Assembly: GCA_900769635.1 (NCBI GenBank)
Contig: CAAGHJ010000016.1
Location: forward strand, 7,488-71,487
Source: Bacilli bacterium
GTDB taxonomy: Bacteria > Bacillota_I > Bacilli_A > RF39 > UBA660
Direction of reading: 5' to 3'
Length of the DNA stretch: 64,000 nt
Shown here: positions 28,605-38,985 of the stretch, in pieces
Position numbering within the stretch: the first letter of the stretch is position 1
Layout: each line of letters starts with the position of its first letter
The notes under the pieces: model-generated
The model's input: the letters and a program-made list of their open reading frames with translations, nothing else
Told to the model about the DNA's origin: nothing
Database searches by the model: none
Translations under genes and position numbers: made by a program

Positions 28605-29657
28605 ATGGAAAACATAATAACAAAAATAATAGAAAAAATAAAAATAAAATTTATAAATAAAAACAAGTTTCCCCAAAACTATATTTTAGAAGAAATACCA
28701 CCAATTTTAACAACTACAAAACCAGAAGAAAATATTACTGAAGAAGAAATGAATATAGATTCATTACTAGAAGAAGATTACAGTAGTAACATTGAAAAAT
28801 TTATTGAAGTTTTGACAACTCATTTTAGCCCCGAAGATTTAACAAGATTTTATAACAATATGGATAGTATAGACATAAAAGTAATATCCAAGAAAAAGTT
28901 TCAACAAGTCTCTCAAAATAACACCAAAAAAAATTTAGGAGAATATTATCCAACTTGTAATTCAATGCTATTAGTAGAAGAAGATTACAATAAAGTTATT
29001 TATCATAAATTATTTCACGTAGCAAGTTCAAATTTCGATATGGAAAACAGAGTAAGTTTTTTAGGCTTTTCACAATCCCGTTTAGAAGGAGGAGTTAATG
29101 TTGGTGAACCATTAAACGAAGGATACACAGAACTTATGACCAATAGATATTTCTTTCCAAGTACCGAAAGCAAATACTACAAATACGAAGTAAGAGTAGC
29201 TCGTCAAATCGAAGAAATAGTCGGCCAAGAAAAAATGGAAAAACTATATTTAAATGCCAACTTATATGGACTATTAAAAGAACTTGAAAAATACACATCA
29301 TCAGATAATATAAAAATGTTTTTAGATAATTTACAATACGTATATAGTAATTATAACAAAAGTGAGCTACATCATAGCATTCGTAAAAATATTCATAACA
29401 TAATCGAAGAAATAGAAACATTCCTATACGAAACTAAACTAAATAAAATATACATAACAAATCAAACTCTTCATAATAATGAAGAATATATGCAAGAATT
29501 TTTAGCTCAAAAAGATACCATAAGCAAAATAGTAATTGAAAAACCAACTGGAACCTATATAATAGACTATGATAAAATAACATCAGCAGTATTAGAAAAA
29601 TATAAAAACATTTTATTACTAGCCAATACCCCTGTATTAAAATTAAACAAAAATTAG
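28605..29657 (+). CDS. Hypothetical protein with degenerate zincin-like motif (HKLFH ... NEGYTE)
   Basis: Clean 350-aa ORF with RBS AAAGGAAAAAG. VIYHKLFHVAS, followed 27 aa later by LNEGYTELM, resembles an HExxH...E gluzincin core in which the catalytic Glu is replaced by Lys. Confidence 0.6.
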   Translation: MENIITKIIEKIKIKFINKNKFPQNYILEEIPPILTTTKPEENITEEEMNIDSLLEEDYSSNIEKFIEVLTTHFSPEDLTRFYNNMDSIDIKVISKKKFQQVSQNNTKKNLGEYYPTCNSMLLVEEDYNKVIYHKLFHVASSNFDMENRVSFLGFSQSRLEGGVNVGEPLNEGYTELMTNRYFFPSTESKYYKYEVRVARQIEEIVGQEKMEKLYLNANLYGLLKELEKYTSSDNIKMFLDNLQYVYSNYNKSELHHSIRKNIHNIIEEIETFLYETKLNKIYITNQTLHNNEEYMQEFLAQKDTISKIVIEKPTGTYIIDYDKITSAVLEKYKNILLLANTPVLKLNKN

Positions 29658-29669
29658 AGAGGAAGAACA

Positions 29670-31433
29670 ATGATAAAAGAAAAATTATCCCTAGTACCTC
29701 ACACACCAGGGTGCTATTTAATGAAGGATAAAAACGGATATATAATATATGTAGGAAAAAGCAAAAATCTAAAAAACCGCTTAACATCCTATTTCCATCA
29801 GACCCATAGTGGTAAAACAAAAATATTAGTAGAAAATATATATGATTTTGAATACATTTTAACATCATCAGAGTTAGAAGCACTACTTTTAGAAATAAAT
29901 CTAATAAAAAAATATAACCCAAAGTATAATATCCTTTTAAGAGATGATAAAACATATCCATATATAGAATTAACTAACGAAAAAGTTCCAAGACTATTAA
30001 TAGTAAGAAATCCCCATATCAAAAAAAATAAAAATCGTAAATTATTTGGCCCCTATCCCAATGTAACCGCAGCACGAAAAACCGTTGAAATCATAAATAG
30101 ACTATATCCCTTACGAAAATGCAAAACATATTCCAAAAAAGAATGCCTCTATTATCATCTAAACGAATGTCTAGGTTATTGCACACATAGTGTCGACGAA
30201 AAAGAAATAATTACAATGAAAAATGAAATAATATCTTTTTTAAACGGTAACCATTCCATTATAACAAACAAATTAAAAGAAAAAATGTATTTATGTTCTG
30301 AAAATATGAATTATGAAAAAGCCCAAGAATACAAGGAACTCTTAGACTATATAAGTATTACCCTAGAAAAACAAAAAGTAGAACTTGATGATAACTACAA
30401 CCGCGATATAATCAATTACTATACCGATAACAACTATATGAGCATAAGTCATCTCTTTATTCGTGGAGGTAAACTTTTAGACAGAAAAAATATAATTTTT
30501 CCCCTTATAGACAGCCCCGAAGAATCCCTATCATCATATATAACAACATTTTATCAAAAACATACCATATATCCCAAAGAAGTCCTTGTTCCCTCTAATC
30601 AAGATACTAACCTATTAGAACAAGCCCTTGATGTAAAGTTCATAATACCCCAAAAAGGCCGTAAAAAAAATATATTAGAACTTGCTTACGAAAATGCCAA
30701 AAACTATTTTGATGAGCAAATAACAATAATAAAAAAAGATGACGATAAAGCTCTAGCTGGAATGGAAGAATTAAGCCAACTATTACATTTACCAAAACTA
30801 AGTAAAATAGAACTATTTGATAACTCTAATCTATTTGGAACCTTCAACGTTTCCGGTATGGTCGTCTTTATTGACGGTAAACCAAGTAAAAACGATTATC
30901 GAAAATACAAAATAACAAGTGATATGACAGATGACTATAATACAATGAAAGAAGTAATATATAGAAGATATTTTCGTCTTTTAAAAGATAATGAACCATT
31001 TCCTGATCTTATAATAGTAGACGGTGGAGTAGGGCAGATAAATGTTGCTAGAGAAGTAATAACAAGTCTAGGCTTATCAATTCCCGTAGCAGGATTAAAA
31101 AAGGACGATAAACACTCCACATCTTCCTTATTAGGAAACTATCCCCTTGAAGAAATACCCATAAATAAAACTAGTGAGCTATTCCTTTTATTAACAAGAA
31201 TGCAGGATGAGGTACATAACTATACCATTTCCTATCATCGAAGTATTCGTAGTACATCATCTCTTGCTAGTATATTAGATAATATAGATGGAGTAGGGGA
31301 AGTCAGAAAAAACAAATTATTAAAAAAATATAAAACAATAACAAAAATGAAAGAGGCAAGTAAAGAAGAATTAAAAGAAATATTACCAAGTGATATTGTT
31401 GATAATTTTATTGAAAGCCTTAAAAAAATATAA
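29670..31433 (+). CDS. uvrC: Excinuclease ABC subunit C
   Basis: GIY-YIG N-terminus (GCYLMKDKNGYIIYVGKSKNLKNR), UVR domain, endonuclease V-like and C-terminal HhH regions. 587 aa. Confidence 0.95.
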   Translation: MIKEKLSLVPHTPGCYLMKDKNGYIIYVGKSKNLKNRLTSYFHQTHSGKTKILVENIYDFEYILTSSELEALLLEINLIKKYNPKYNILLRDDKTYPYIELTNEKVPRLLIVRNPHIKKNKNRKLFGPYPNVTAARKTVEIINRLYPLRKCKTYSKKECLYYHLNECLGYCTHSVDEKEIITMKNEIISFLNGNHSIITNKLKEKMYLCSENMNYEKAQEYKELLDYISITLEKQKVELDDNYNRDIINYYTDNNYMSISHLFIRGGKLLDRKNIIFPLIDSPEESLSSYITTFYQKHTIYPKEVLVPSNQDTNLLEQALDVKFIIPQKGRKKNILELAYENAKNYFDEQITIIKKDDDKALAGMEELSQLLHLPKLSKIELFDNSNLFGTFNVSGMVVFIDGKPSKNDYRKYKITSDMTDDYNTMKEVIYRRYFRLLKDNEPFPDLIIVDGGVGQINVAREVITSLGLSIPVAGLKKDDKHSTSSLLGNYPLEEIPINKTSELFLLLTRMQDEVHNYTISYHRSIRSTSSLASILDNIDGVGEVRKNKLLKKYKTITKMKEASKEELKEILPSDIVDNFIESLKKI

Positions 31434-31443
31434 GGAGTAAAAA

Positions 31444-32622
31444 ATGCAAAAAATAATATTAATTAAGTATGGAGAACTTACTACTAAGAAAGATAATCGT
31501 AGTTTATTTATCAATATATTATATGAGAATATAACGAAAGCTCTCCAAAATTACAACGTAAAAATAACCAAAAATAGAGTAAGAATGTTTATTGAAACAG
31601 ACGAAAATATCGAAGAAATTATTGAAATTTTAAAGAATATTTTCGGTATTCATAGCATTGTAGTAGCCTACAAAGTAGATACCAATATAAATAAAATCCA
31701 AACAGAAGTATTAAATATTGTTCAAAAATTAAACTTCAAAACCTTTAAAGTTGAGACTAAAAGAGCTGATAAAAACTTCTCAATCCCTTCTATGGAAATG
31801 AACAACATACTAGGCGGTTTAATTCTAAAAAACAAAGAAAATGTCACTGTCGATGTCCACAATCCAGAGTATACTCTTAAAGTGGAAATAAGGGAGGACT
31901 ACACCTATATTTATGCCGTGGAAATAAACGCTAGGGGAGGATATCCAGTGCGCGTTGCGGGCAAAGGACTATTAATGCTCTCAGGAGGAATAGATTCTCC
32001 CGTAGCAGGATATATGGCAATGAAACGAGGCGTAAAAATAGAATGCATCTATTTCGAATCACCTCCCCATACAAGTGAAATGGCCTTAAATAAAGTAAAA
32101 AAACTAGTAAAAAAACTAACTAAATTTGAACCAGAAATAACATTACACATCATAAACTTTACCAATATCCAAGAAGAAATATACAAAAACTGTGATCCAA
32201 ATTATATGATAACAATAATGCGTCGTATGATGTATAGAATAAGTGAAGAAATGATGAAGAGAAGAAAGTGTTTAATATTAATAAATGGAGAATCCATTGG
32301 ACAAGTAGCAAGTCAAACATTAACCAGTATGAGTACCATTAACAATGTTACAAACGTTCCCGTTATAAGACCACTAGCCTGCTTTGATAAATTAGAAATA
32401 ATCAAAATTGCCAAAGATATCGACACCTATGATATAAGCACCTTACCCTATGAAGACTGTTGTACTATCTTTTTACCACGTCATCCCGTAATTAATCCCA
32501 AATTAACCAAGGCCATAGAAGAAGAACAAAAAATAAATTACGAAAAACTAATAGAAGAAACTGTGAACAATGCAAACACCATAGTAATTACTGCTAGTGA
32601 AAATAAAAAATATGACTTTTAA
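31444..32622 (+). CDS. thiI: tRNA 4-thiouridine(8) synthase ThiI
   Basis: THUMP-type N-terminus and the PP-loop LMLSGGIDSPVAGY. 392 aa. Confidence 0.95.
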   Translation: MQKIILIKYGELTTKKDNRSLFINILYENITKALQNYNVKITKNRVRMFIETDENIEEIIEILKNIFGIHSIVVAYKVDTNINKIQTEVLNIVQKLNFKTFKVETKRADKNFSIPSMEMNNILGGLILKNKENVTVDVHNPEYTLKVEIREDYTYIYAVEINARGGYPVRVAGKGLLMLSGGIDSPVAGYMAMKRGVKIECIYFESPPHTSEMALNKVKKLVKKLTKFEPEITLHIINFTNIQEEIYKNCDPNYMITIMRRMMYRISEEMMKRRKCLILINGESIGQVASQTLTSMSTINNVTNVPVIRPLACFDKLEIIKIAKDIDTYDISTLPYEDCCTIFLPRHPVINPKLTKAIEEEQKINYEKLIEETVNNANTIVITASENKKYDF

Positions 32623-32734
32623 AATGTTTAATTCTAATAAATTCAGTAAATAATATCTTGTGAAGAGAACTCATAAGATATTATTTTAATATTAAAATAA
32701 AAAAATATTAGAAAAAATTACCACTAAAAAAAAT

Positions 32735-32763
32735 GTATGAAAAAAATACCGCTCACCATACTA
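32735..32763 (+). promoter_or_regulatory. Forespore (sigma-G/sigma-F type) promoter for the SASP gene
   Basis: GTATG, 17 nt spacer, CATACTA, matching the B. subtilis sigma-G consensus GnAT(A/G)-N17/18-CATnnTA. It ends 21 nt upstream of the start codon. Confidence 0.55.
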
Positions 32764-32784
32764 AGAGTGTAGGAGGTGAGTTAA

Positions 32785-32988
32785 ATGAACAACAGCACTA
32801 ATAACAATAAATTAACAGTACCTGGAGCAAAGCAAGCTATCGAAAGAATGAAATACGAAATAGCTAACGAATTTGGTGTAAACCTTGGTCCAGATGCTAC
32901 TAGCAGAGCCAATGGTTCAGTTGGTGGAGAAATCACTAAAAGATTAGTAAGATTAGGTCAAAACCAAATAAGCGGTTCAAATAAATAA
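32785..32988 (+). CDS. Small acid-soluble spore protein, alpha/beta type
   Basis: [44 protein letters not shown] is the canonical alpha/beta SASP sequence. RBS AGGAGGTGA. Confidence 0.95.
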   Translation: MNNSTNNNKLTVPGAKQAIERMKYEIANEFGVNLGPDATSRANGSVGGEITKRLVRLGQNQISGSNK

Positions 32989-33085
32989 ATAGAATATAGA
33001 ATATAAAATATTCTTCTAGACTACTGCATAACAGTGGTCTTTTCTCATATAATTAAATATGAGAAATGATAACAGCGAACATTAT

Positions 33086-33295
33086 ATGTTTACGTTGACA
33101 GCTTTTCTCTTAGCCACAGCTCTAATAGACGAATTATCAGCAAGTGAACAAAATGCCTTAGGTAACTGGTTTATGTTAATAGGGCAGACACTCTGCACTA
33201 ACGGTTCTATAAAATTTAATAAGGAATATGAACATAACATAAATGCACAAAATTTACTAAACAAAACCAAAAATATTATTAACCAAAATATGTAA
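33086..33295 (+). CDS. Small hypothetical protein (about 69 aa)
   Basis: MFTLTAFLLATALIDELSASEQNALGNWFMLIGQTLCTNG resembles a small clostridial protein family (L.AF..A.A....LS..E...LG..F..lGqtL) as I recall it. There is no convincing RBS, and the start is uncertain (33059 or 33086). Confidence 0.35.
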   Translation: MFTLTAFLLATALIDELSASEQNALGNWFMLIGQTLCTNGSIKFNKEYEHNINAQNLLNKTKNIINQNM

Positions 33296-33311
33296 AAAAA
33301 GAAAGAAAATT

Positions 33312-33611
33312 CTATTTTTTCTCTTTCTTTTTTTTCTTATCTTTTTTGTCATTTTTAGACTTTGTAGTATCCTCATCAAGACTCTTAAAAAATTCACACA
33401 TAGGTTCATTAAGTAATTTAGATATAATGTAAACAAATTCTAAGCTAAATGTCTGAAAACTGCTGTTTTCTACGTTAGAAACTGTTCCATCATTGTATCC
33501 AATAGCTTCTGCTAATTTTACTTGTGTAAGACCGTGTTTTTTTCTAAGTCTCCTGATGTTTTTACCAACTAAAGTATAGATATACTTATTGTCTTCGTTT
33601 TTGACATCCAT
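33312..33611 (-). CDS. XRE-family HTH transcriptional regulator with poly-Lys tail
   Basis: VGKNIRRLRKKHGLTQVKLAEAIGYNDGTVSNVEN is a Cro/C1-type HTH. C-terminus KSKNDKKDKKKKKEKK. Confidence 0.85.
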   Translation of the reverse strand: MDVKNEDNKYIYTLVGKNIRRLRKKHGLTQVKLAEAIGYNDGTVSNVENSSFQTFSLEFVYIISKLLNEPMCEFFKSLDEDTTKSKNDKKDKKKKKEKK

Positions 33612-33930
33612 TAAACATCACCCAAATACATTATCCTATAAAAAGTGCCTAAATGTTCTGCATTTAGTATATGTATATATTTTTGATGTTTATTAATTAT
33701 CGTAATAAAGCATAAATAATGTACTAAAAGAATCATTTTTTTAAAATCTGTATATTATCAAAAAAAGCAAAAATGAGAAAAATAAATTTTTTTAACAATA
33801 TGTAATGTAATTTATTTTATCGAACAAAAAGTAAAATTTCTAACTTTCCCAAAAAAACAATAAAAATAATTTTAAAAAGTTTCCATTACACTGAGAATTA
33901 ATAAAAAAACAAATTTCCCTTTCTATAATG

Positions 33931-33959
33931 TTGACTTTACAAAATAAAACAAGTATAAT
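33931..33959 (+). promoter_or_regulatory. Sigma-A promoter for the M23 peptidase gene
   Basis: TTGACT, 17 nt spacer, TATAAT. Confidence 0.6.
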
Positions 33960-33978
33960 TAACCTAGGTGATAAAGTA

Positions 33979-35169
33979 ATGAAAAAAAAATCCATAATAA
34001 CTATCGTATATCTTATTGGTTTACTTATTATATTTCCAAATAACACCTCTGCCAAAACCCTCCAAGACTTATATAATGAACTAAATAGTCTTCAAACTAA
34101 ATATAACAATTCCAAAAGTCAAGAAAATCTAACTCAAAGTGAAATAAACAATATAAACGCCGAAGTAATCACCATAAATAACACTATCAAAACAACAGAA
34201 AGCGAAATAACAGCAGCAACCGCCAAAATAAAAGACTCTGAAAAACAAATAGAAGAAAAAAAAGAAGAAACCGCCGAACTACTCAAGTTTCTTCAAAAAT
34301 CTTCTGGTGAAAATATCTATTTAGAATACCTTTTCGATGCCGAGGATATAACAGACTTCATATATAGATTTAATATAGTAAGCCAGCTTTCCGAATATAA
34401 CACATCCCTTATGGGCGAACTTGAAAACCTTATAAAAAACCTCGAAGCAAACAAAGTAACCCTTTCCGAAAAGCAAAAACAATTAGAGGTTCAAAAAGCT
34501 TCTCTTGCTTCTAAACTAGATACACTACGCTTAAATTTAAACAATACCAAAGTAGAGGGAACAACAATAGCCGAAGATATAAGAGACCTCAAAAAAGAAA
34601 TATCTTACTATGAAAGCCTTGGTTGTAAAAAAAGTTCTAACCTAACATCGTGTGTTGGAACCCCTAGTGCCAGTGGCTGGCGATACCCACTAAGCTACGG
34701 ATGCGTAACAAGCGAATACTCAGGTAGTGCCGAAAGAGGAGATGCCTTCGGAGGTAGCCATTATGCAATTGACCTATCTTGTACAGGAGAAGGTTCACCA
34801 GTTTATGCTGCCGCGGCTGGTACAGTTGCCAGAATAGTATATAAATCAAGATGTGGTGGAAATCAGGTATACATACAACACATTGTAAACGGAACCCCAT
34901 ATACAACCCAATATATGCACCTATTAGATGTAACCGTAAGTTACGGGCAAGCGGTAACCGATAATACCGTAATCGGCCATATGGGTGGTGGAAGTACATC
35001 ATCCGCTCACGGAGGTTATGATAACTGTACCACTGGAGCTCACCTACACTTTGGTATGTCAAACGGACATTACGGATCAAACTATTCCCTTTGGGTAGCA
35101 CATTCATTCAATCCAAGAAGACTATTCTCTTTCCCAGCAAGTGGCGGAGGCTACTTCTATAGAAAATAA
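33979..35169 (+). CDS. Secreted coiled-coil M23 (LytM-type) peptidoglycan endopeptidase
   Basis: RBS GGTGAT precedes the ATG at 33979. Signal peptide. About 200-aa coiled coil. Intact M23 motifs HYAIDL (HxxxD) and GAHLHF (HxH). Confidence 0.85.
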   Translation: MKKKSIITIVYLIGLLIIFPNNTSAKTLQDLYNELNSLQTKYNNSKSQENLTQSEINNINAEVITINNTIKTTESEITAATAKIKDSEKQIEEKKEETAELLKFLQKSSGENIYLEYLFDAEDITDFIYRFNIVSQLSEYNTSLMGELENLIKNLEANKVTLSEKQKQLEVQKASLASKLDTLRLNLNNTKVEGTTIAEDIRDLKKEISYYESLGCKKSSNLTSCVGTPSASGWRYPLSYGCVTSEYSGSAERGDAFGGSHYAIDLSCTGEGSPVYAAAAGTVARIVYKSRCGGNQVYIQHIVNGTPYTTQYMHLLDVTVSYGQAVTDNTVIGHMGGGSTSSAHGGYDNCTTGAHLHFGMSNGHYGSNYSLWVAHSFNPRRLFSFPASGGGYFYRK

Positions 35170-35183
35170 AAGAAGGTGAACAA

Positions 35184-37511
35184 ATGGACGGATTAAATAA
35201 ACAAGAAATCGATTATAGAAAAAATAACGGTTTAGTAAACAACCAAAAAGACAAAAATTCAAAAACCATAAAAGAAATAATACTTGATAACACCATAACC
35301 CTTTTTAACATCCTAAATATAGTCCTATTAGTCCTAGTATTAACTACTAGGTCTTTTAGGAACGGATTATTCGCTATCATAATCGTTGTCAATACCATAA
35401 TAGCAATCGGAAGTGAATTAAAAGCCAAAAGAATAATCGATAAATTAAAATTAGCCACTAAAAATACTCTAACCGTAATTAGAGAAGGAAAAAAACAAGA
35501 AATAAACGAAGACGAAGTACTACTCGATGATATCATCTATTTCTCTGCCGGCGATACCGTTCTTTTAGATACCATAATCGAAAAAGGCGAAGTAAATACT
35601 GATGAATCAGTAATAACAGGAGAAAGTGACGCCATAAAGAAAAAGAAAGAAGACAAACTAATAAGCGGTAGTGTTATCGTAAGCGGTAACTGCTATGCCA
35701 AAGTAATTGCCATAAATAACGATAACTATGCCAGTAAACTAGTAAAAGATGCTAGCACCATAAAAACCGAAGATTCGTATCTAAAAAAGAATATAAATAA
35801 TATTATCAAAATAATAACAATAATAATTATTCCTATCGGAGTACTTCTCTTTATATCCCAATACTGGAGAAGCAACCTGACCTATAATGAAGCCATCCTT
35901 TCCGTAGTTGCTGGTGTAGTAGGTATGATACCCGAAGGATTGATACTCCTAACAACTACCGCTCTTTTTGTAGGGGTAATAACCTTAGGAAAGAAAAATG
36001 TCATTGTCCAAAAACTAAACGGAATAGAAGAACTAGCCTGCACAGATGTTCTATGTCTAGATAAGACAGGAACTATAACAACCGGAGAATTAGAAGTCAT
36101 AAAAGAAATAAATCTAAGTAAACATAATTTTTCCAATATAATAGCATCCCTAACTCCCGAAGTATACAATAGTACAGATAAAGCCTTAACAACATACTAT
36201 CAGAAAGAAGCAAGTTATCACGTAAAAAAACACATTTCCTTTACTTCTACTAGAAAATACAAAGCCATATTTACCGAAGATAAAGTCTACGCTCTCGGAG
36301 CCCTTGAATATATGACTACCCAAGACATAAAACAATATGATAAAGAAGTAGGAAAATATATCAAAGAAGGATGCCGTGTTTTAACACTAGTAGAGGGAAC
36401 AAATATTGAAAAAAATAATAAAATAAAAGATGCCAAAATATTAGGTTTTATAATTTTAAAAGACTGTTTAAGAGACAATGCCCAAGAAATATTAAATTAC
36501 TTCTATGAACAAAACGTCGATATCAAAATAATATCAGGTGATCATCCTGATACAATAGTAAATATAACTAAGGGCCTCCTCAAAGAAACAAAATGCATAA
36601 CCGGCCCCGAAATAGATGCAGATTTTCAAAATCTGGACAACATAGTAAACAATTTTAACATTTTTGCACGGGTAACTCCCAATCAAAAAAGGGAAATAAT
36701 CAAAGCCCTTAAAAAAAAGAAAACCGTAGCCTATATAGGTGATGGAGTAAATGATATATTAGCCCTAAAAGAATCAAATTGCGGAATAGCCCTCGAAGGA
36801 GGTAGTCCCGCTACTAAAAATGTCTCACAAATAGTTCTAACCACATCCGATTTTTCCGTTCTCCCAAAAGTAATAAAAGAAGGCCGTAAAGTAGTAAATA
36901 ACATCGAAAGAGTATCCTGTATGTACTTACTAAAAACAATGTACTCGGTACTACTATCCCTTCTATCCATAATATTTACCGTGACATACCCCTTTTATCC
37001 AATCCAATTAACTCTCATAAGCACCGTCTGTGTCGGCATCCCATCTCTCTTCCTCGCCCTCGAACCAAATTATAATAAAGTAACCAAAGGCTTCCTCCGC
37101 AAAGTGTTCAAAAACGTCATCCCCAATGGAATATGTGTCTTTACCAACATCCTAATAATTGAACTATTATGTATAACATTTCACTTCGATTACGAATTTT
37201 TTAGGATTGTTGCTGTTGCCCTAACAGGGTTCGTAACTCTAAATTTACTATATAGAATAAGTAAACCATTAACATTTATAAGAAAAGTACTAGTAGTCGG
37301 TTGCTTTACAGCTTTCTTTGCAACACTATTTTTTGCTCCTAACTCCCTTCTTATAAAAAACGTCAATATCTTTAACATAATACTATCTCTCGTGCTAATA
37401 TATATAAATACCAAATATATCCAAATACTGTATCAAGCCTATGATAAAACCGAGGAATATGTAGATAAAAAAGTTCAAAATATCAAGAACTGGTTAAAAA
37501 GTCACCTCTAA
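35184..37511 (+). CDS. Cation-transporting P-type ATPase (HAD-IC family)
   Basis: TGES, phosphorylation site CLDKTGTITTG, hinge GDGVNDILALKESN. Ten-TM layout, 775 aa. Confidence 0.9.
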   Translation: MDGLNKQEIDYRKNNGLVNNQKDKNSKTIKEIILDNTITLFNILNIVLLVLVLTTRSFRNGLFAIIIVVNTIIAIGSELKAKRIIDKLKLATKNTLTVIREGKKQEINEDEVLLDDIIYFSAGDTVLLDTIIEKGEVNTDESVITGESDAIKKKKEDKLISGSVIVSGNCYAKVIAINNDNYASKLVKDASTIKTEDSYLKKNINNIIKIITIIIIPIGVLLFISQYWRSNLTYNEAILSVVAGVVGMIPEGLILLTTTALFVGVITLGKKNVIVQKLNGIEELACTDVLCLDKTGTITTGELEVIKEINLSKHNFSNIIASLTPEVYNSTDKALTTYYQKEASYHVKKHISFTSTRKYKAIFTEDKVYALGALEYMTTQDIKQYDKEVGKYIKEGCRVLTLVEGTNIEKNNKIKDAKILGFIILKDCLRDNAQEILNYFYEQNVDIKIISGDHPDTIVNITKGLLKETKCITGPEIDADFQNLDNIVNNFNIFARVTPNQKREIIKALKKKKTVAYIGDGVNDILALKESNCGIALEGGSPATKNVSQIVLTTSDFSVLPKVIKEGRKVVNNIERVSCMYLLKTMYSVLLSLLSIIFTVTYPFYPIQLTLISTVCVGIPSLFLALEPNYNKVTKGFLRKVFKNVIPNGICVFTNILIIELLCITFHFDYEFFRIVAVALTGFVTLNLLYRISKPLTFIRKVLVVGCFTAFFATLFFAPNSLLIKNVNIFNIILSLVLIYINTKYIQILYQAYDKTEEYVDKKVQNIKNWLKSHL

Positions 37512-37571
37512 AAGTAAAAAAACACTAACAAAATCAAAGAAAATATGATATAATGCAAAAGGTGATGAAAA

Positions 37572-38159
37572 ATGAAAGAAGTAAACACAGAAAAAACAAT
37601 AATTGCCCCTGAAACCAAAATCTTTACCGAATTATCTCCTGAAGAATTATTAAATATCAGAAAGTACTTAATATCTAATCCAAGAAAACAAGGCTTTCAA
37701 CTCCTTTTACCAACCAGCACATATAGTTCCTTTGATGAAAAAATAAGCAATTTAACAAATCCCCATTTAACACATATCCTTTACGAAAATATGCTATTAA
37801 TAGACATATTTGAAAAAATAGATGCAAGTTCAGGAGAAATAAAATTACCATATACCAAAGAAGAATTACAAGAATTAAAAGAAATATTATCTTATACCAA
37901 AGAAGAAGAACTTCAACAGAAAATGAACAGCGTAAAACGATATTTAAATATAAACGATTTAAACAAATTCTCTCTCCACAGAAATATCATTCTCCACTAT
38001 TTATACGATGAGGCCGTATCTCTAAAATTACAAAAAAATATCAATAGTATGGTGCAGGGTAGTGGACTATACCATACCAAACTATATTTACGAACAAAAA
38101 ACCCTCGAACATATCAAACCCAGTCTGGATATACATTAAAACAAATACAAGATTACTAA
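37572..38159 (+). CDS. Hypothetical protein (195 aa, soluble)
   Basis: RBS AAAGGTGATG and a clean ORF. No domain recognised. Confidence 0.55.
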   Translation: MKEVNTEKTIIAPETKIFTELSPEELLNIRKYLISNPRKQGFQLLLPTSTYSSFDEKISNLTNPHLTHILYENMLLIDIFEKIDASSGEIKLPYTKEELQELKEILSYTKEEELQQKMNSVKRYLNINDLNKFSLHRNIILHYLYDEAVSLKLQKNINSMVQGSGLYHTKLYLRTKNPRTYQTQSGYTLKQIQDY

Positions 38160-38307
38160 ATACTAACTGTTGCAAAAAAAGCATCAGTTTTTTTCAATTT
38201 AACAATAAATACATTACCAAACTGTCTAATTAAAATAAAATACACAAAAAGTATTGTCAAAATAATCAATATGATTTATAATTAAAATATAATGGAAGGA
38301 GGATAAA

Positions 38308-38985
38308 ATGAACATAGTAATAGCAAGTGATTTTGATAACACCATAACCCTAACAAACGATAAAACAGCAATGACAACCTTTGAAGAAGTATTACCGAAA
38401 GAATACAAAGAAATGAGAGAAAGAATATACAAAGAAGAAAAACTAAAACAACTAGACCCCACAGAAAAACTAGATTATTACGATAAAATATGGGATGAAA
38501 AATTTCAAACATTCAAAAAATATAACATAACCAAAGAACTAATAACAAGTCTAACCAAAGAAGTAACCATAAAAAAAGGCTTTTCAGAACTCGTAAATTA
38601 CTTAAATCAAAAAAACATTCCTTTTATCATAAACTCTGCTGGTCTCGGTGACTTTATCAAAATAAAATTAGAAACCGAAAATCTAATGCTACCAAACATC
38701 AAAATAATATCAAATTTTCTAAACGATACGGGCGAATATGTGACAAGATATAACAAAAGCACCAACAAAGAATACCAAAAACAAGTAAACAACGCCGATA
38801 TACTTGTCATAATAGGAGATACACTGAGTGACTTAACCCTCATACCACCAAATTACCCCCATAAAGTAGTCAAAATCGCCTTTCCCCGTTTAGATTATGA
38901 AGATTACAAAAATAATTTTGACTACACAATAGAAGAAGAAAACTTTAATCAAGTACTAAGAATAATAAAGGAGTTAGAAAAATGA
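38308..38985 (+). CDS. HAD-superfamily hydrolase (phosphatase/nucleotidase-like)
   Basis: HAD motif I, IASDFDNTIT (DxDxT). Motif II, INSAG. Motif IV-like, IGDTLSD. RBS GGAAGGAGG. Confidence 0.7.
   Translation: MNIVIASDFDNTITLTNDKTAMTTFEEVLPKEYKEMRERIYKEEKLKQLDPTEKLDYYDKIWDEKFQTFKKYNITKELITSLTKEVTIKKGFSELVNYLNQKNIPFIINSAGLGDFIKIKLETENLMLPNIKIISNFLNDTGEYVTRYNKSTNKEYQKQVNNADILVIIGDTLSDLTLIPPNYPHKVVKIAFPRLDYEDYKNNFDYTIEEENFNQVLRIIKELEK

Noticed and set aside
29434-29961. 175-aa minus-strand ORF overlapping the 3' end of the 350-aa ORF and the 5' end of uvrC
   Set aside because: It is antisense to a clearly recognisable GIY-YIG UvrC N-terminus and has Leu/Phe-rich composition typical of spurious reverse-frame ORFs.
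33612-33930. Long AT-rich intergenic region upstream of the M23 peptidase, considered for a riboswitch (for example, the cyclic-di-AMP class often found before cell-wall hydrolases)
   Set aside because: No GC-containing conserved helices or pseudoknot-like complementarity are visible. The only features found are a good TTGACT-17-TATAAT promoter and divergent promoter space for the XRE gene.
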